From an uncultured Bacilli bacterium (GTDB taxonomy: Bacteria > Bacillota_I > Bacilli_A > RF39 > UBA660): a DNA stretch of 64,000 nucleotides. Numbering within the stretch: position 1 is the stretch's first letter; every line of letters begins with the position of its first letter. Under the pieces are notes generated by a model. The model was not told the origin of the DNA, did not search any database, and saw only the letters and a list, made by a program, of their open reading frames with translations. Location: assembly GCA_944372425.1 (NCBI GenBank), contig CALVZC010000002.1:7139-71138 (forward strand), in the 5' to 3' direction. Positions 9,248-18,749 of the stretch are shown here, in pieces. The position numbers and the translations under genes are program-made.

Positions 9248-10477
9248 ATGGATAATAAAATATATAAATTGGTTAACGAGTGTGAAAAAGAAGTTAAAGA
9301 ACAATTTGATGAGATAAATATTTTATGTGAAAAAAACAGTTTGAAAGTTCTTAATGCTTTTAGAAATAATAATGTTTCAGAAGCTCATTTTAGTTCTTCT
9401 ACAGGATATGGTTATAATGATATTGGAAGAGAAGTAATAGAAAAAGTTTTTGCTGAGGTTTTAGATGGTGAAGATGCAATAGTTAGAAGTCAATTCATTT
9501 CTGGATCTCATGCTTTGACAGTAGCTTTTTTTGCTTTTTTAAGACCTAATGATATTCTTTTAAGCATTACAGGTAAACCATATGATACGTTAGATGAAGT
9601 TATCGGAATAAAAGAAAATGCTAGTTCTTTGAAATCTTTTGGTGTAAGATATGAGCAAATTGATTTAATTGATAATGAATTTGATTATGATAAAATAGAA
9701 AAATTTTTAAATAATAATAAAGTAAAAGTTATTGAAATTCAAAGATCTAAAGGTTATTCTACAAGAAAAAGTATCGATGTTTATAAATTAGAGAATGTTA
9801 TAAAATTTATAAGAAATATAGATAAAGAAGTAATAATAATGATTGATAACTGTTATTGTGAATTGACAGAAGAAAAGACTCCTTTGACAGTTGGTGCTGA
9901 TATAATTGTTGGTTCTTTAATTAAAAATCTAGGTGGAGGAATTGCTCCTAATGGTGCATATATTGCAGGAAAAAAAGATTTAATAACACTTGCAGCCGAA
10001 AGATTAACTTTGCCAGGTGAAGGACGTGAAGTAGGACCTACTTTAGGTATTAATAAGAGCTTATTGCAAGGATTATTTTTAGCACCAAGTGTTGTTGCTA
10101 ATAGCCTTAAAGTTGCAGTTCTTACTAGTAAAGTATTAGAAAGATTAGGTTATGATGTAGAACCAAAATATAGTGAACATAGATGTGATATTGTACAAAA
10201 TATTATTTTTCACGATAAAGAAAAACTTATTAAATATTGTCAAGGAATTCAAAATGCTTCTCCAATCGATTCTAATGTTCTACCAATTCCTTGGGATATG
10301 CCAGGATATTCGGATCAAGTTATAATGGCAGCTGGGACATTCATTCAAGGATCTTCTATCGAGTTATCATGTGATGGACCGATAAGAGAACCATATATTT
10401 CTTATCAGCAAGGCTCCCTTACATATGAATATGGAAAATTAGCTATTATTAACGCAATAAGCAATATATTAAATTGA
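9248..10477 (+). CDS. PLP-dependent aluminium-resistance/methionine gamma-lyase family protein (YnbB-like)
   Basis: About 410 aa with an overall match to the Cys/Met-metabolism PLP family (aluminium resistance protein family). ATG lies 4 nt after the SDR stop. Confidence 0.75.
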   Translation: MDNKIYKLVNECEKEVKEQFDEINILCEKNSLKVLNAFRNNNVSEAHFSSSTGYGYNDIGREVIEKVFAEVLDGEDAIVRSQFISGSHALTVAFFAFLRPNDILLSITGKPYDTLDEVIGIKENASSLKSFGVRYEQIDLIDNEFDYDKIEKFLNNNKVKVIEIQRSKGYSTRKSIDVYKLENVIKFIRNIDKEVIIMIDNCYCELTEEKTPLTVGADIIVGSLIKNLGGGIAPNGAYIAGKKDLITLAAERLTLPGEGREVGPTLGINKSLLQGLFLAPSVVANSLKVAVLTSKVLERLGYDVEPKYSEHRCDIVQNIIFHDKEKLIKYCQGIQNASPIDSNVLPIPWDMPGYSDQVIMAAGTFIQGSSIELSCDGPIREPYISYQQGSLTYEYGKLAIINAISNILN

Positions 10478-10528
10478 CAATTATTTTTTCGCTTGTTACA
10501 ATAACAACTACAAATTGGAGGGACATTT

Positions 10529-11431
10529 ATGTATGATTATAATAATTTAAATGAAATAGAAAAAGCAGTTATTTCATCAGTTGCTCAAATAACTCAAATA
10601 TTTAAACCAACTAAAGAACAGTTGTTCTTGTTTAAAAGCTATTTAGAAGACATTCTTTTATATGAGATAATTTCTTGCAAAACAAATTGTGTTAAAATAG
10701 GTATTGATGATGGAAATATTTCTGATAATTTAAGAATTGCCTTGATTGCTTCTGGTATTTCTTCAAATGGTAATTTGCCTAAAGATATAACTTACAATAA
10801 TAGTAATATTCATGTTAATATTAACACACACTTGCATGCTAAAAGAATGAGTAGAATTTTAGAAAATGAACGTCTACGAAGTATGTATTCTCAAAGAGTA
10901 TCAGATGCTATATATAATTGCAATAAATTTAAAAATATGTATGAATTAGTTGAATTAGGAATTGCTGGTATAGAAAGAGAATGTGGATATATCGAGAGCT
11001 TAGATACATCCGATGATTTTTATTTTGGTGCATATTTAGGTTTATGGGAAATTGAAAGAGATAATTTAGAAAAAATGGGCTTAGAAAATTCTCTTGCTTA
11101 TGATATTTGTAGTTATGTTAATGACTTAGATGATGGTAATAGAGGTTTTAGACATTATCCTTTAGCTACTAATGTTGCCCTTTGTCGAATGGCTGATATA
11201 GACTTTTCTATAGCAACAACTGGAGATTTTAATAATAAAGAAGTATTAATTGATACTTTAAGAAATATAGAAGCAGCAAAAATTACTGATAAGGAATTAA
11301 TTGAACCATTTGAAAAAAGGTTTTTAGAGATTGTTAAGCCTTATGCTAAGAAAATGGGTGTTTCTCTACCAAAAATTAAAACAAATTCTTTAAAAAAGCA
11401 TTTAACAAATATTAGCAAATATTTTGTATAA
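10529..11431 (+). CDS. Hypothetical protein (300 aa)
   Basis: Good RBS GGAGGG. No recognisable motif. Confidence 0.6.
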   Translation: MYDYNNLNEIEKAVISSVAQITQIFKPTKEQLFLFKSYLEDILLYEIISCKTNCVKIGIDDGNISDNLRIALIASGISSNGNLPKDITYNNSNIHVNINTHLHAKRMSRILENERLRSMYSQRVSDAIYNCNKFKNMYELVELGIAGIERECGYIESLDTSDDFYFGAYLGLWEIERDNLEKMGLENSLAYDICSYVNDLDDGNRGFRHYPLATNVALCRMADIDFSIATTGDFNNKEVLIDTLRNIEAAKITDKELIEPFEKRFLEIVKPYAKKMGVSLPKIKTNSLKKHLTNISKYFV

Positions 11432-11488
11432 ATTGCTTTTTTTTTGACATTTTATATATAAAGTTTTAAAATGAATATGGTGATTTAA

Positions 11489-12109
11489 ATGAATGAAAAT
11501 TATCAAATAATTTTAGATAAAATAATAGATAATATTATAGTAAATAATGAAAAACCTACCTTATTACTTCATAGTTGTTGTGCTCCTTGTTCTTCATATG
11601 TACTTGAATATTTGTCTAAATATTTTCTTATAACGGTTTTTTATTATAATCCTAATATTTCTTCTAAAGAGGAGTATTTAAAAAGAATGAACGAGCAGAA
11701 AAAATTTATTGAAGGAGTAAATTTCGCTAATCCAGTAAGATTCATTGAGGCACCTTATGATAATGAAAAGTTTGAAAATATAATTTTAGGATTAGAAAAA
11801 GAGCGTGAAGGTGGATTACGTTGTCATAAATGTTACTATCTTAGACTTGAAGAAACTGCCAAATTTGCTTCCAATAATCATTTTGATTATTTTACGACTA
11901 CATTATCTGTAAGTCCTTATAAAAATTCTAAAGTTTTGAACGAAATTGGAAAAAAATTAAGTGAAATTTACAATATTAAATATCTTTATTCTGATTTTAA
12001 GAAAAAAAATGGTTATAAACGTAGTATTGAGTTATCTCATATTTATAATCTATATAGACAAAATTATTGTGGTTGTAAATATTCTAAAAAAGAAAATATA
12101 GAGGATTAA
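11489..12109 (+). CDS. queH: Epoxyqueuosine reductase QueH (DUF208)
   Basis: LLLHSCCAPCSSY and CxxC (CHKCYY) and GCKYS motifs typical of QueH. Confidence 0.85.
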   Translation: MNENYQIILDKIIDNIIVNNEKPTLLLHSCCAPCSSYVLEYLSKYFLITVFYYNPNISSKEEYLKRMNEQKKFIEGVNFANPVRFIEAPYDNEKFENIILGLEKEREGGLRCHKCYYLRLEETAKFASNNHFDYFTTTLSVSPYKNSKVLNEIGKKLSEIYNIKYLYSDFKKKNGYKRSIELSHIYNLYRQNYCGCKYSKKENIED

Positions 12110-12110
12110 T

Positions 12111-12635
12111 ATGAATATAAAATGTATAAAAACAGGATTTTTAGAGGAAAATTGTTATATTTTAGAAAAAGATAATGAATGTTTGATAATTGATCCTGGT
12201 AGTGATTTTAATAATATTAAAAGCAATATTAAAAATAAAGTTATTGGGGTTTTAATTACTCATAGACATTATGATCATATTGGGGCGTTAGAGCAAGTAT
12301 TAAATGAGTATAAAGTTCCAATATACGAAAAAATAAATTTAGATGAAGAAAATTATAAATTAGGGAATTTTTCTTTTAATGTTATATTTACTCCTGGTCA
12401 TACTAATGATTCAGTTACTTATTATTTTTATAAAAATAAAGTAATGTTTACAGGCGATTTTCTTTTTTTTAATAATATAGGACGTTGTGATTTAGAAGGT
12501 GGAAATTTTTCTGAAATGAAAAAATCAATCGAAAAAATAAAAAGATATGATGATAATATTAAAATATATCCAGGTCATGGACAAACGACAACTTTAGCTA
12601 GAGAAAAAGAAAAAAATATCTATTTTAATAGTTAA
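12111..12635 (+). CDS. MBL-fold metallo-hydrolase
   Basis: THRHYDHIG (HxHxDH) metallo-beta-lactamase motif. Confidence 0.85.
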   Translation: MNIKCIKTGFLEENCYILEKDNECLIIDPGSDFNNIKSNIKNKVIGVLITHRHYDHIGALEQVLNEYKVPIYEKINLDEENYKLGNFSFNVIFTPGHTNDSVTYYFYKNKVMFTGDFLFFNNIGRCDLEGGNFSEMKKSIEKIKRYDDNIKIYPGHGQTTTLAREKEKNIYFNS

Positions 12636-12672
12636 ATTTATGTTATTATATTTATAATAAGAGGTGTTTAAT

Positions 12673-12984
12673 ATGTATATTGATTTAACTATATTAATAA
12701 TTTTATTGTTATTGGTTTTATTTTTCTTTAGAAGATTTTCTAGTTTTGTTTATGCTGTAGCAATAATTGATATTTTTTTAAGAATATTAGATTTTATTAA
12801 AGATAATGTTCCTATACCAGAACTTAAGGCTCTGATAGGTAAATATTTACCTAGTAGTATTCCTTCAGTAATTGGAAAATATTCAAATGGTATTTTTTAT
12901 ACAATATTAATGTGGGTATTTGTGTTTATCTATATATGCTTTTTATTTTATGTTACTAGGACATTTGTTCATAAGAAAAAATAG
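12673..12984 (+). CDS. Small membrane protein
   Basis: Three predicted TM helices. RBS AGAGGTG lies 7 nt before ATG 12673. Confidence 0.5.
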   Translation: MYIDLTILIILLLLVLFFFRRFSSFVYAVAIIDIFLRILDFIKDNVPIPELKALIGKYLPSSIPSVIGKYSNGIFYTILMWVFVFIYICFLFYVTRTFVHKKK

Positions 12985-13003
12985 TGTTTTCTAATTAAAA
13001 TAC

Positions 13004-13032
13004 TTGATAATTGTCTATAATTATAATATAAT
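13004..13032 (+). promoter_or_regulatory. Promoter TTGATA-N17-TATAAT for the rimP-nusA-infB operon
   Basis: Read directly from the sequence. Confidence 0.45.
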
Positions 13033-13045
13033 TATCGTAGCAACT

Positions 13046-13072
13046 GGTGGAAGAAGACTTCCACCTTTTATA
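13046..13072 (+). terminator. Leader terminator/attenuator hairpin in the nusA operon leader
   Basis: Perfect 8-bp GC-rich stem ggtggaag-aaga-cttccacc followed by ttttatatt. It lies between the promoter and the rimP RBS. Confidence 0.6.
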
Positions 13073-13088
13073 TTGATGAGGTGATAGT

Positions 13089-13337
13089 TTGAAAGAAAGA
13101 GTAATTAATTTAGTTGGTAATAAACTAGATAATTTAAATGTTCATATATATGATGTTGTATATGAGAAAGAAGGAAAAAATAATTATTTAAGAGTAGTTT
13201 TAGATAGTGAAGAAATGATAGATATTGATAAAGTGGTAGAGGCTACTAAAATAATAGATCCTTTATTGGAAAAGGAAAATATTATTGAAGAAAAATATAT
13301 ATTAGATGTTTATGCTAAATCAAAGGGAGATGATTAA
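13089..13337 (+). CDS. rimP: Ribosome maturation factor RimP, N-terminal domain only (82 aa)
   Basis: TTG start after AGGTGAT. The position is immediately upstream of nusA and the ORF ends 1 nt before it. Only the N-terminal RimP-like domain is present (full RimP is about 150 aa). Confidence 0.55.
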   Translation: MKERVINLVGNKLDNLNVHIYDVVYEKEGKNNYLRVVLDSEEMIDIDKVVEATKIIDPLLEKENIIEEKYILDVYAKSKGDD

Positions 13338-13338
13338 A

Positions 13339-14442
13339 ATGAATGGAAAAGAATTTATAAAAGCAGTTGATTTGATTGTTAAAGAAAAAGGTATAGAAAA
13401 AGATGTTGTTTTTGAAGCAATGGAGTTGGCACTTGCTACTGCTTATAAGAAAAATTTTAATTCTTTAACTAATTCTAAAATATTAATTGATAGAAATACT
13501 GGTGATATAAAAGTATATTCTTATAAAACTGTAGTGCCTGATGAAATGGAAAATGATGATAGTGATGATGAAGAAAAAGAGGAATTTAATCCAAATTATC
13601 ATATTACACTTACTGAAGCAAGAAAATTTAATAAGTCTTTAAACATTGGAGATACTATTGATACTGAAGTAACACCTAAAGACTTTGGGAGAGTTGCAGC
13701 GTCTACTGCTAAACAAGTTATTATTCAAAAAATAAGAGAAGCTGAAAGAAATTCTATTATGGAAGAGTATGGAGATAAACAAGATGAATTATTAGTTGGT
13801 ACTGTTGCTTTAGAGGATGTTGATAATTATTTTATAGATCTTGGTAGAAGTAATGGTATACTTCCTAAAAAAGAATGTATCCCATCAGAAAAAATAGAAA
13901 TGGGAAAACAAATAAAAGTATATGTAAGTAAAGTTGAAAATACTGGAAAAGGCTTATTTATTTTATTATCAAGATGTCACTATGGATTTCTAAAGAGACT
14001 TTTTGAATTAGAAATACCAGAGATAAATGATGGAAGTGTTTTAGTTTATAGTGTAGCACGTGATGCTGGATCAAGAAGTAAAGTTGCTGTTTATAGTGAA
14101 TATTCTAATGTTGATCCAATTGGAGCATGTATTGGTGAAAAAAGAAGTAGAATAACAAGAATTATTGATGAATTATCAGGTGAAAAAATTGATCTTGTAA
14201 AATATGATAAAGATCCTGCAGTATTTATTGCTAATGCTTTAGCTCCTGCTAAAAATCTACACGTAATAATAACTGATCCTAAAAAACAAGAGGCTATTGT
14301 AGTAGTAGATGATGATAATTTTTCTTTAGCTATTGGAAAAAAAGGACAAAATGCTAAACTTGCTTCAAAATTAACTCATTATAAAATAGATATTAAAAAT
14401 ACTGAACAAGCAAGAGAAATGGGTATAAATTTTAAAAATTAG
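13339..14442 (+). CDS. nusA: Transcription termination/antitermination factor NusA
   Basis: MNGKEFIKAVDLIVKEKGI.. is the NusA N-terminus. S1 and KH domains are present. RBS AAGGGAG. The track start 13306 is an in-frame upstream extension. Confidence 0.95.
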   Translation: MNGKEFIKAVDLIVKEKGIEKDVVFEAMELALATAYKKNFNSLTNSKILIDRNTGDIKVYSYKTVVPDEMENDDSDDEEKEEFNPNYHITLTEARKFNKSLNIGDTIDTEVTPKDFGRVAASTAKQVIIQKIREAERNSIMEEYGDKQDELLVGTVALEDVDNYFIDLGRSNGILPKKECIPSEKIEMGKQIKVYVSKVENTGKGLFILLSRCHYGFLKRLFELEIPEINDGSVLVYSVARDAGSRSKVAVYSEYSNVDPIGACIGEKRSRITRIIDELSGEKIDLVKYDKDPAVFIANALAPAKNLHVIITDPKKQEAIVVVDDDNFSLAIGKKGQNAKLASKLTHYKIDIKNTEQAREMGINFKN

Positions 14443-14453
14443 GAGGTATTATT

Positions 14454-14735
14454 ATGAAAATAAAAAAAATACCACTTAGAACATGTGTCATTACAAAAGA
14501 AAAATTACCTAAAAAAGAACTTCTTAGAATAGTTAGAACACCAGAAGGTAAAGTAGAAATAGATTTAAATGGAAAAATGAATGGACATGGTGCATATATT
14601 AAAAAAGATAAAGATGTTGTATTGAAAGCCAAAAAGAGTAAAATATTAGAGAGAAATTTGGAAGTAGTTATTGAAGATTCTATTTATGATGAAATAATGA
14701 CAGTAATTCAGGATGGTGAGAAAAATGAAAAATGA
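14454..14735 (+). CDS. ylxR: YlxR/RnpM family RNA-binding protein (DUF448)
   Basis: PLRTCVITKEKLPKKELLRIV is the DUF448 signature. Operon position after nusA. Confidence 0.85.
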   Translation: MKIKKIPLRTCVITKEKLPKKELLRIVRTPEGKVEIDLNGKMNGHGAYIKKDKDVVLKAKKSKILERNLEVVIEDSIYDEIMTVIQDGEKNEK

Positions 14736-15189
14736 AGAAAGACCTGATTGGGATGAATATTTTATAAATATGGCCCATCTTGTAGCAACCAGATCTAATT
14801 GTGTAAGTAGAAAAGTTGGTGCAGTCATTACTTTAGATAATCAAGTTGTTACTACGGGATATAATGGTGCTCCTAAGGGCTTAAAACATTGTGTTGATAA
14901 TGGAGGATGTCTACGCAAAAATAATAATATTGCTTCAGGTACAAGACAAGAAGTATGTAGAGCTGTCCATGCTGAGCAAAATGCTATTATAAGTGCAGCA
15001 ATAAAAGGTGTCAGTATAAAAAATGCAACAATATATGTTAATACTTATCCTTGTTCTATTTGTGCTAGAATGCTTATAAATGCTGAAATTAAAAGAATTG
15101 TATACGATAGTGATTATAGTGATCCATTGTCAAAAGAAATGTTAGAGGAAAGTAATATTGAAGTTGTTAAATATAAAAAGGAAAAATAG
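14725..15189 (+). CDS. comEB: dCMP deaminase (ComEB-like cytidine/deoxycytidylate deaminase)
   Basis: HAEQNAI and PCSICARMLINAEI zinc-binding motifs. It occupies the slot usually held by the L7Ae-type gene between ylxR and infB. Confidence 0.8.
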   Translation: MKNEERPDWDEYFINMAHLVATRSNCVSRKVGAVITLDNQVVTTGYNGAPKGLKHCVDNGGCLRKNNNIASGTRQEVCRAVHAEQNAIISAAIKGVSIKNATIYVNTYPCSICARMLINAEIKRIVYDSDYSDPLSKEMLEESNIEVVKYKKEK

Positions 15190-15204
15190 AAAGAGGTGAT
15201 TATC

Positions 15205-17313
15205 ATGATGAGTATATTAGAATATGCAAATGACGTTAATAAAACAGTAGATGAAATTAAAATGTTTTGTGATAGATTAAACATTAAATACGATGATGAA
15301 AATACAATGTTGACAGAAGATGATATTGTTTTATTGGATGGAGAAATTGAAACAAATTCAGATAATGACGTTTTAGACGATGAAGTTTTAGATGAAAAAG
15401 TAGAAAAAATGATAAGTGATGCCAAAATTGATATTGATAATACTACTAATAAACAAAAATTTAAACCTAAATCTGAACGTATTGAGAATAATAAAGTAAA
15501 GTTTCAAAAGGAAAGAAAAGAATTATATAAGCATAGAGAAAAATTAATGCAAAATGATGATAGAAATGAGGAAAATGTCATTCTATATAAAGAAGATATG
15601 ACGGTATCGGATTTAGCTAATTTGTTATCAGTAAATAGTACCGAGATAATTAAAAAGTTGATGAAATTAGGTATAATGGCTAATATAAATTATTCTCTTT
15701 CTTTAGAAATTGTTGAACTTATTGCACTTGATTATGATAAAGAAGTAAAAAGAGAAGAATCTAAGGATATTAGTAATTTTGAAAAATATGAAATTAATGA
15801 TAAGAAAGAAGATTTAATTGTAAGACCACCTATTGTTACAGTTATGGGACATGTTGATCATGGTAAAACTTCTTTATTAGATAAAATAAGGAAAACTGAT
15901 GTAGTAAGTGGTGAAGCTGGTGGTATAACTCAAGCAATTGGTGCTTATCAAGTATCTTATAATGATAAAAAAATAACCTTTATTGATACACCAGGGCATG
16001 AAGCGTTTACAGAAATGCGTGCTCGTGGTGCAAGCGTTACGGATATTGTCATTATTATTGTAGCAGCCGATGATGGGGTAAAGCCACAGACTAAAGAAGC
16101 AATTGATCATGCGAAAGCAGCAAAAGTTCCGATTATCGTAGCAATAAATAAAATTGATAAGCCAGAAGCTAATATTGAACGTGTTATGACAGAACTTTCA
16201 GAATACGGACTTACACCTGAATCTTGGGGTGGAGATACTATTTTTAATAATATATCATGTAAAACTGGAGAAGGAATTGATAAGTTATTAGAAAATATTA
16301 TTTTAGTAAGTGAGATGGAAGATTATGAAGCAAATCCATCTAGGTATGCTGTTGGTACAGTTATAGAATCAAAACTTGATAAAAAAATAGGAGTAGTAGC
16401 TACTGTTTTAGTCCAAAATGGAACATTGAGATTAGGAGATCCTGTTGTAGTAGGTACTAGCTGCGGTAAAGTTAGAAGCTTAAAAGATGATAAAGGAAAA
16501 GAATTAACTGAAGCATCACCATCTATGCCAGTTGAAATTACTGGTTTAAGTGAAGTTCCATCAGCAGGTGATAGATTTATGGCTTTTGAAACTGAAAAAC
16601 AAGCAAAAAATGTTGCTGAAAAAAGAAAAATAAGGGCAAGACAAAAAGATACTAATCGTTCTGGAATGAGTCTTGATGATTTATTTGGAGCAATAAAAGC
16701 TGGTGCTAAAGAAATAAGTGTGGTACTTAAAACAGATGTTAATGGTAGTTTAGAAGCTATAAAGCAAAGTTTAGCTAAAATAGATATTGATGGTGTTAAA
16801 GTTGATGTTATTAGAGGTGGAGTAGGTGCTATTACAGAAAGTGATGTTGTTTTAGCTCATGCTTCTAATGCTATAATTATCGGCTTTAATGTAAGACCAA
16901 GTTCATCTGTTATTGATAGCGCAAAAGAATATAGTGTCGATATTAAAGTATACGATGTTATATATAAAATGATAGAAGATATCGAAAATGCTATGAAAGG
17001 ATTACTTGATCCAGTATATGAGGAAGTAGTAATTGGAGAAGTTGAAGTAAGGCAATTATTTAGATTTTCTAAAATTGGAATTATTGCGGGAAGTTATGTT
17101 AAAACAGGTATTGTAAAAAATGGAGCAAATGCAAGAGTTATTCGAGATGGAATAGTTGTAGCAACAACAAAAATAAAATCATTACAACGTGAAAAAGATC
17201 AAGTTAAAGAAGTTGCTAAAGGAATGGAATGTGGTATAACTCTTGAAAATTTCCAAGATATTAAAGAAAACGACATTATTGAAATTTATGAATTAAAGGA
17301 GATAAAAAGATAA
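15205..17313 (+). CDS. infB: Translation initiation factor IF-2
   Basis: [20 protein letters not shown] and NKIDK GTPase motifs. RBS AAGAGGTGA. Confidence 0.95.
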   Translation: MMSILEYANDVNKTVDEIKMFCDRLNIKYDDENTMLTEDDIVLLDGEIETNSDNDVLDDEVLDEKVEKMISDAKIDIDNTTNKQKFKPKSERIENNKVKFQKERKELYKHREKLMQNDDRNEENVILYKEDMTVSDLANLLSVNSTEIIKKLMKLGIMANINYSLSLEIVELIALDYDKEVKREESKDISNFEKYEINDKKEDLIVRPPIVTVMGHVDHGKTSLLDKIRKTDVVSGEAGGITQAIGAYQVSYNDKKITFIDTPGHEAFTEMRARGASVTDIVIIIVAADDGVKPQTKEAIDHAKAAKVPIIVAINKIDKPEANIERVMTELSEYGLTPESWGGDTIFNNISCKTGEGIDKLLENIILVSEMEDYEANPSRYAVGTVIESKLDKKIGVVATVLVQNGTLRLGDPVVVGTSCGKVRSLKDDKGKELTEASPSMPVEITGLSEVPSAGDRFMAFETEKQAKNVAEKRKIRARQKDTNRSGMSLDDLFGAIKAGAKEISVVLKTDVNGSLEAIKQSLAKIDIDGVKVDVIRGGVGAITESDVVLAHASNAIIIGFNVRPSSSVIDSAKEYSVDIKVYDVIYKMIEDIENAMKGLLDPVYEEVVIGEVEVRQLFRFSKIGIIAGSYVKTGIVKNGANARVIRDGIVVATTKIKSLQREKDQVKEVAKGMECGITLENFQDIKENDIIEIYELKEIKR

Positions 17314-17341
17314 ATTTAACTTATAGTATAGAGGTGGTTAT

Positions 17342-17695
17342 ATGAGTAGCATAAAAATTGAAAGATTAAACCATGCTTTTGTAGAAGAAATTAGTTATAT
17401 ATTACATAATGAAGTTAAAGATAAGGATATTAAATTTGTCACTATAACTGGATGTGATATAAGTAGTGATTTAAGCTATGCAAAGGTTTACTTTACAGTA
17501 TTAGATGATTCAAGAAAAAAAGAAACATTAGAAGCACTTAATAATGCTAAAGGCTTTATAAGAACTAATTTAAGTCAAAGAGTAGATATAAGACATACCC
17601 CAGAATTAAAATTTATTTATGATACTTCGATAGAATATGGCAATAAAATAGAAGATATAATAGATTCGATTCATGAAAAAGAAAATAATCAATAG
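17342..17695 (+). CDS. rbfA: Ribosome-binding factor A
   Basis: 117 aa with a KH-like RbfA signature (RVDIRHTPELKF). Operon position after infB. Confidence 0.9.
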   Translation: MSSIKIERLNHAFVEEISYILHNEVKDKDIKFVTITGCDISSDLSYAKVYFTVLDDSRKKETLEALNNAKGFIRTNLSQRVDIRHTPELKFIYDTSIEYGNKIEDIIDSIHEKENNQ

Positions 17696-17751
17696 ATTTA
17701 CATTATTATTATGTAAAATTATGGGAAACTATTTATTATTCTTTATATTTG

Positions 17752-17760
17752 TGATATACT
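17752..17760 (+). promoter_or_regulatory. Extended -10 element TGaTATACT
   Basis: Read directly. It lies immediately upstream of the GC-rich structured region. Confidence 0.4.
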
Positions 17761-17834
17761 ATAAATGTCTAAGAGATTAGAAGTGTTTTTTAAAACCGAC
17801 TAAGTAACGATACGGGAGTTCGGAGCGAGTCAAT

Positions 17835-17871
17835 CTGTGTTGAATGCCTATTTTTAATAGGAATCCTAAGG
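17835..17871 (+). repeat. 37-nt direct repeat, copy 1
   Basis: Identical to 17902-17938. It contains the internal hairpin cctatt-ttt-aatagg. Confidence 0.9.
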
Positions 17872-17901
17872 TGGTCGCGGTGACCTTTTCACCACGGCTA
17901 C

Positions 17902-17938
17902 CTGTGTTGAATGCCTATTTTTAATAGGAATCCTAAGG
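17902..17938 (+). repeat. 37-nt direct repeat, copy 2
   Basis: Identical to 17835-17871. Confidence 0.9.
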
Positions 17939-18024
17939 GTTGAGTATGGACACCCACCTGCGAGAATGCGGGTTTTTCGTACACCTATCTTTTGGACATT
18001 TTTTTATGCAAAAAAGGAGATTAT

Positions 18025-18714
18025 ATGTTTGAACGTTTAGAATTATTAATAGGTAAAGAATCTTTAGAAGAAATAAAAAATAGTAAAATTTTAATAGTAG
18101 GAATAGGTGGAGTAGGTGGAAGTGTTGCTACATCTCTTGTTAGAAGCGGTGTTCAAAATATTGTGCTAATTGATTTTGACATAGTGGATATTACAAATAT
18201 TAATAGGCAGGTAGTAGCATATCATTCTACAATTGGCTTAAAAAAAGTAGATGTAATAAAAAAGATTCTTTTAGATATTAATCCTTCTTTAATAGTCAAA
18301 ACTTATGATATTTTTTTAAACAAAGATAATATAAAAACTATATTAGACGAAGAAAAACCAACATATATTATTGATGCTTGTGATTCTAAAGAAACTAAAA
18401 AGAGTATTATTTTAGAAGCAATATCGAGAAAAATAAAATTTATTTCTTCGATGGGAACAGGTAATAAAATGAATCCATCTGACTTAGAAATTATTGATAT
18501 TAGAAAAACTGTTAATGATCCTTTAGCAAGAATTTTTAGAAAATGGGTAAAGGATAATAAAATTAAAAGTAAAATAACTGTATTATCTTCACGTGAATTA
18601 CCAATAAAAACAGGTAATATTGTTTCATCGAACAGTTTTGTACCCACAAGTGCAGGTCTACTTATCACTAGTTATGTTATTAAAGATATTATAAATGATG
18701 ATAGTAAAGATTAA
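18025..18714 (+). CDS. tcdA: ThiF/MoeB-family tRNA threonylcarbamoyladenosine dehydratase (TcdA-like)
   Basis: ILIVGIGGVGGSVATSLVRSGV Rossmann motif of the E1-like ThiF family. About 230 aa, the TcdA size class. RBS AAGGAG. Confidence 0.75.
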   Translation: MFERLELLIGKESLEEIKNSKILIVGIGGVGGSVATSLVRSGVQNIVLIDFDIVDITNINRQVVAYHSTIGLKKVDVIKKILLDINPSLIVKTYDIFLNKDNIKTILDEEKPTYIIDACDSKETKKSIILEAISRKIKFISSMGTGNKMNPSDLEIIDIRKTVNDPLARIFRKWVKDNKIKSKITVLSSRELPIKTGNIVSSNSFVPTSAGLLITSYVIKDIINDDSKD

Positions 18715-18749
18715 ATTTTATTTGCATAAATTAATATCGAGGTGGTTTT

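Larger units (their letters stand above)
17765..17990 (+). ncRNA. Candidate structured RNA (leader or sRNA) of unknown class containing a perfect 37-nt tandem repeat
   Basis: GC-rich island in an AT-rich intergenic region, carrying ggagcgagtc, ggtggtcgcggtgacc...caccacgg and cccacctgcgagaatgcggg. Two identical copies of ctgtgttgaatgcctatttttaataggaatcctaagg are present. Confidence 0.35.

Noticed and set aside
17835-17938. Mini CRISPR array (two 37-nt repeats)
   Set aside because: There are only two repeat copies with a 30-nt hairpin-forming spacer. No cas genes or leader are nearby, and the repeats themselves contain a hairpin with an A/T-rich loop unlike typical CRISPR repeats.
17765-17990. 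T-box riboswitch interpretation of the GC-rich leader before tcdA
   Set aside because: The candidate T-box sequence is aaGGTGGTCGCGGtg. The consensus is AAnnnGGGTGGnACCGCGG. The ACC is missing, and no AGAGA, GNUG or F-box elements are present. The downstream gene is also not an aminoacyl-tRNA synthetase or amino-acid gene. It is retained as an unclassified structured RNA instead.
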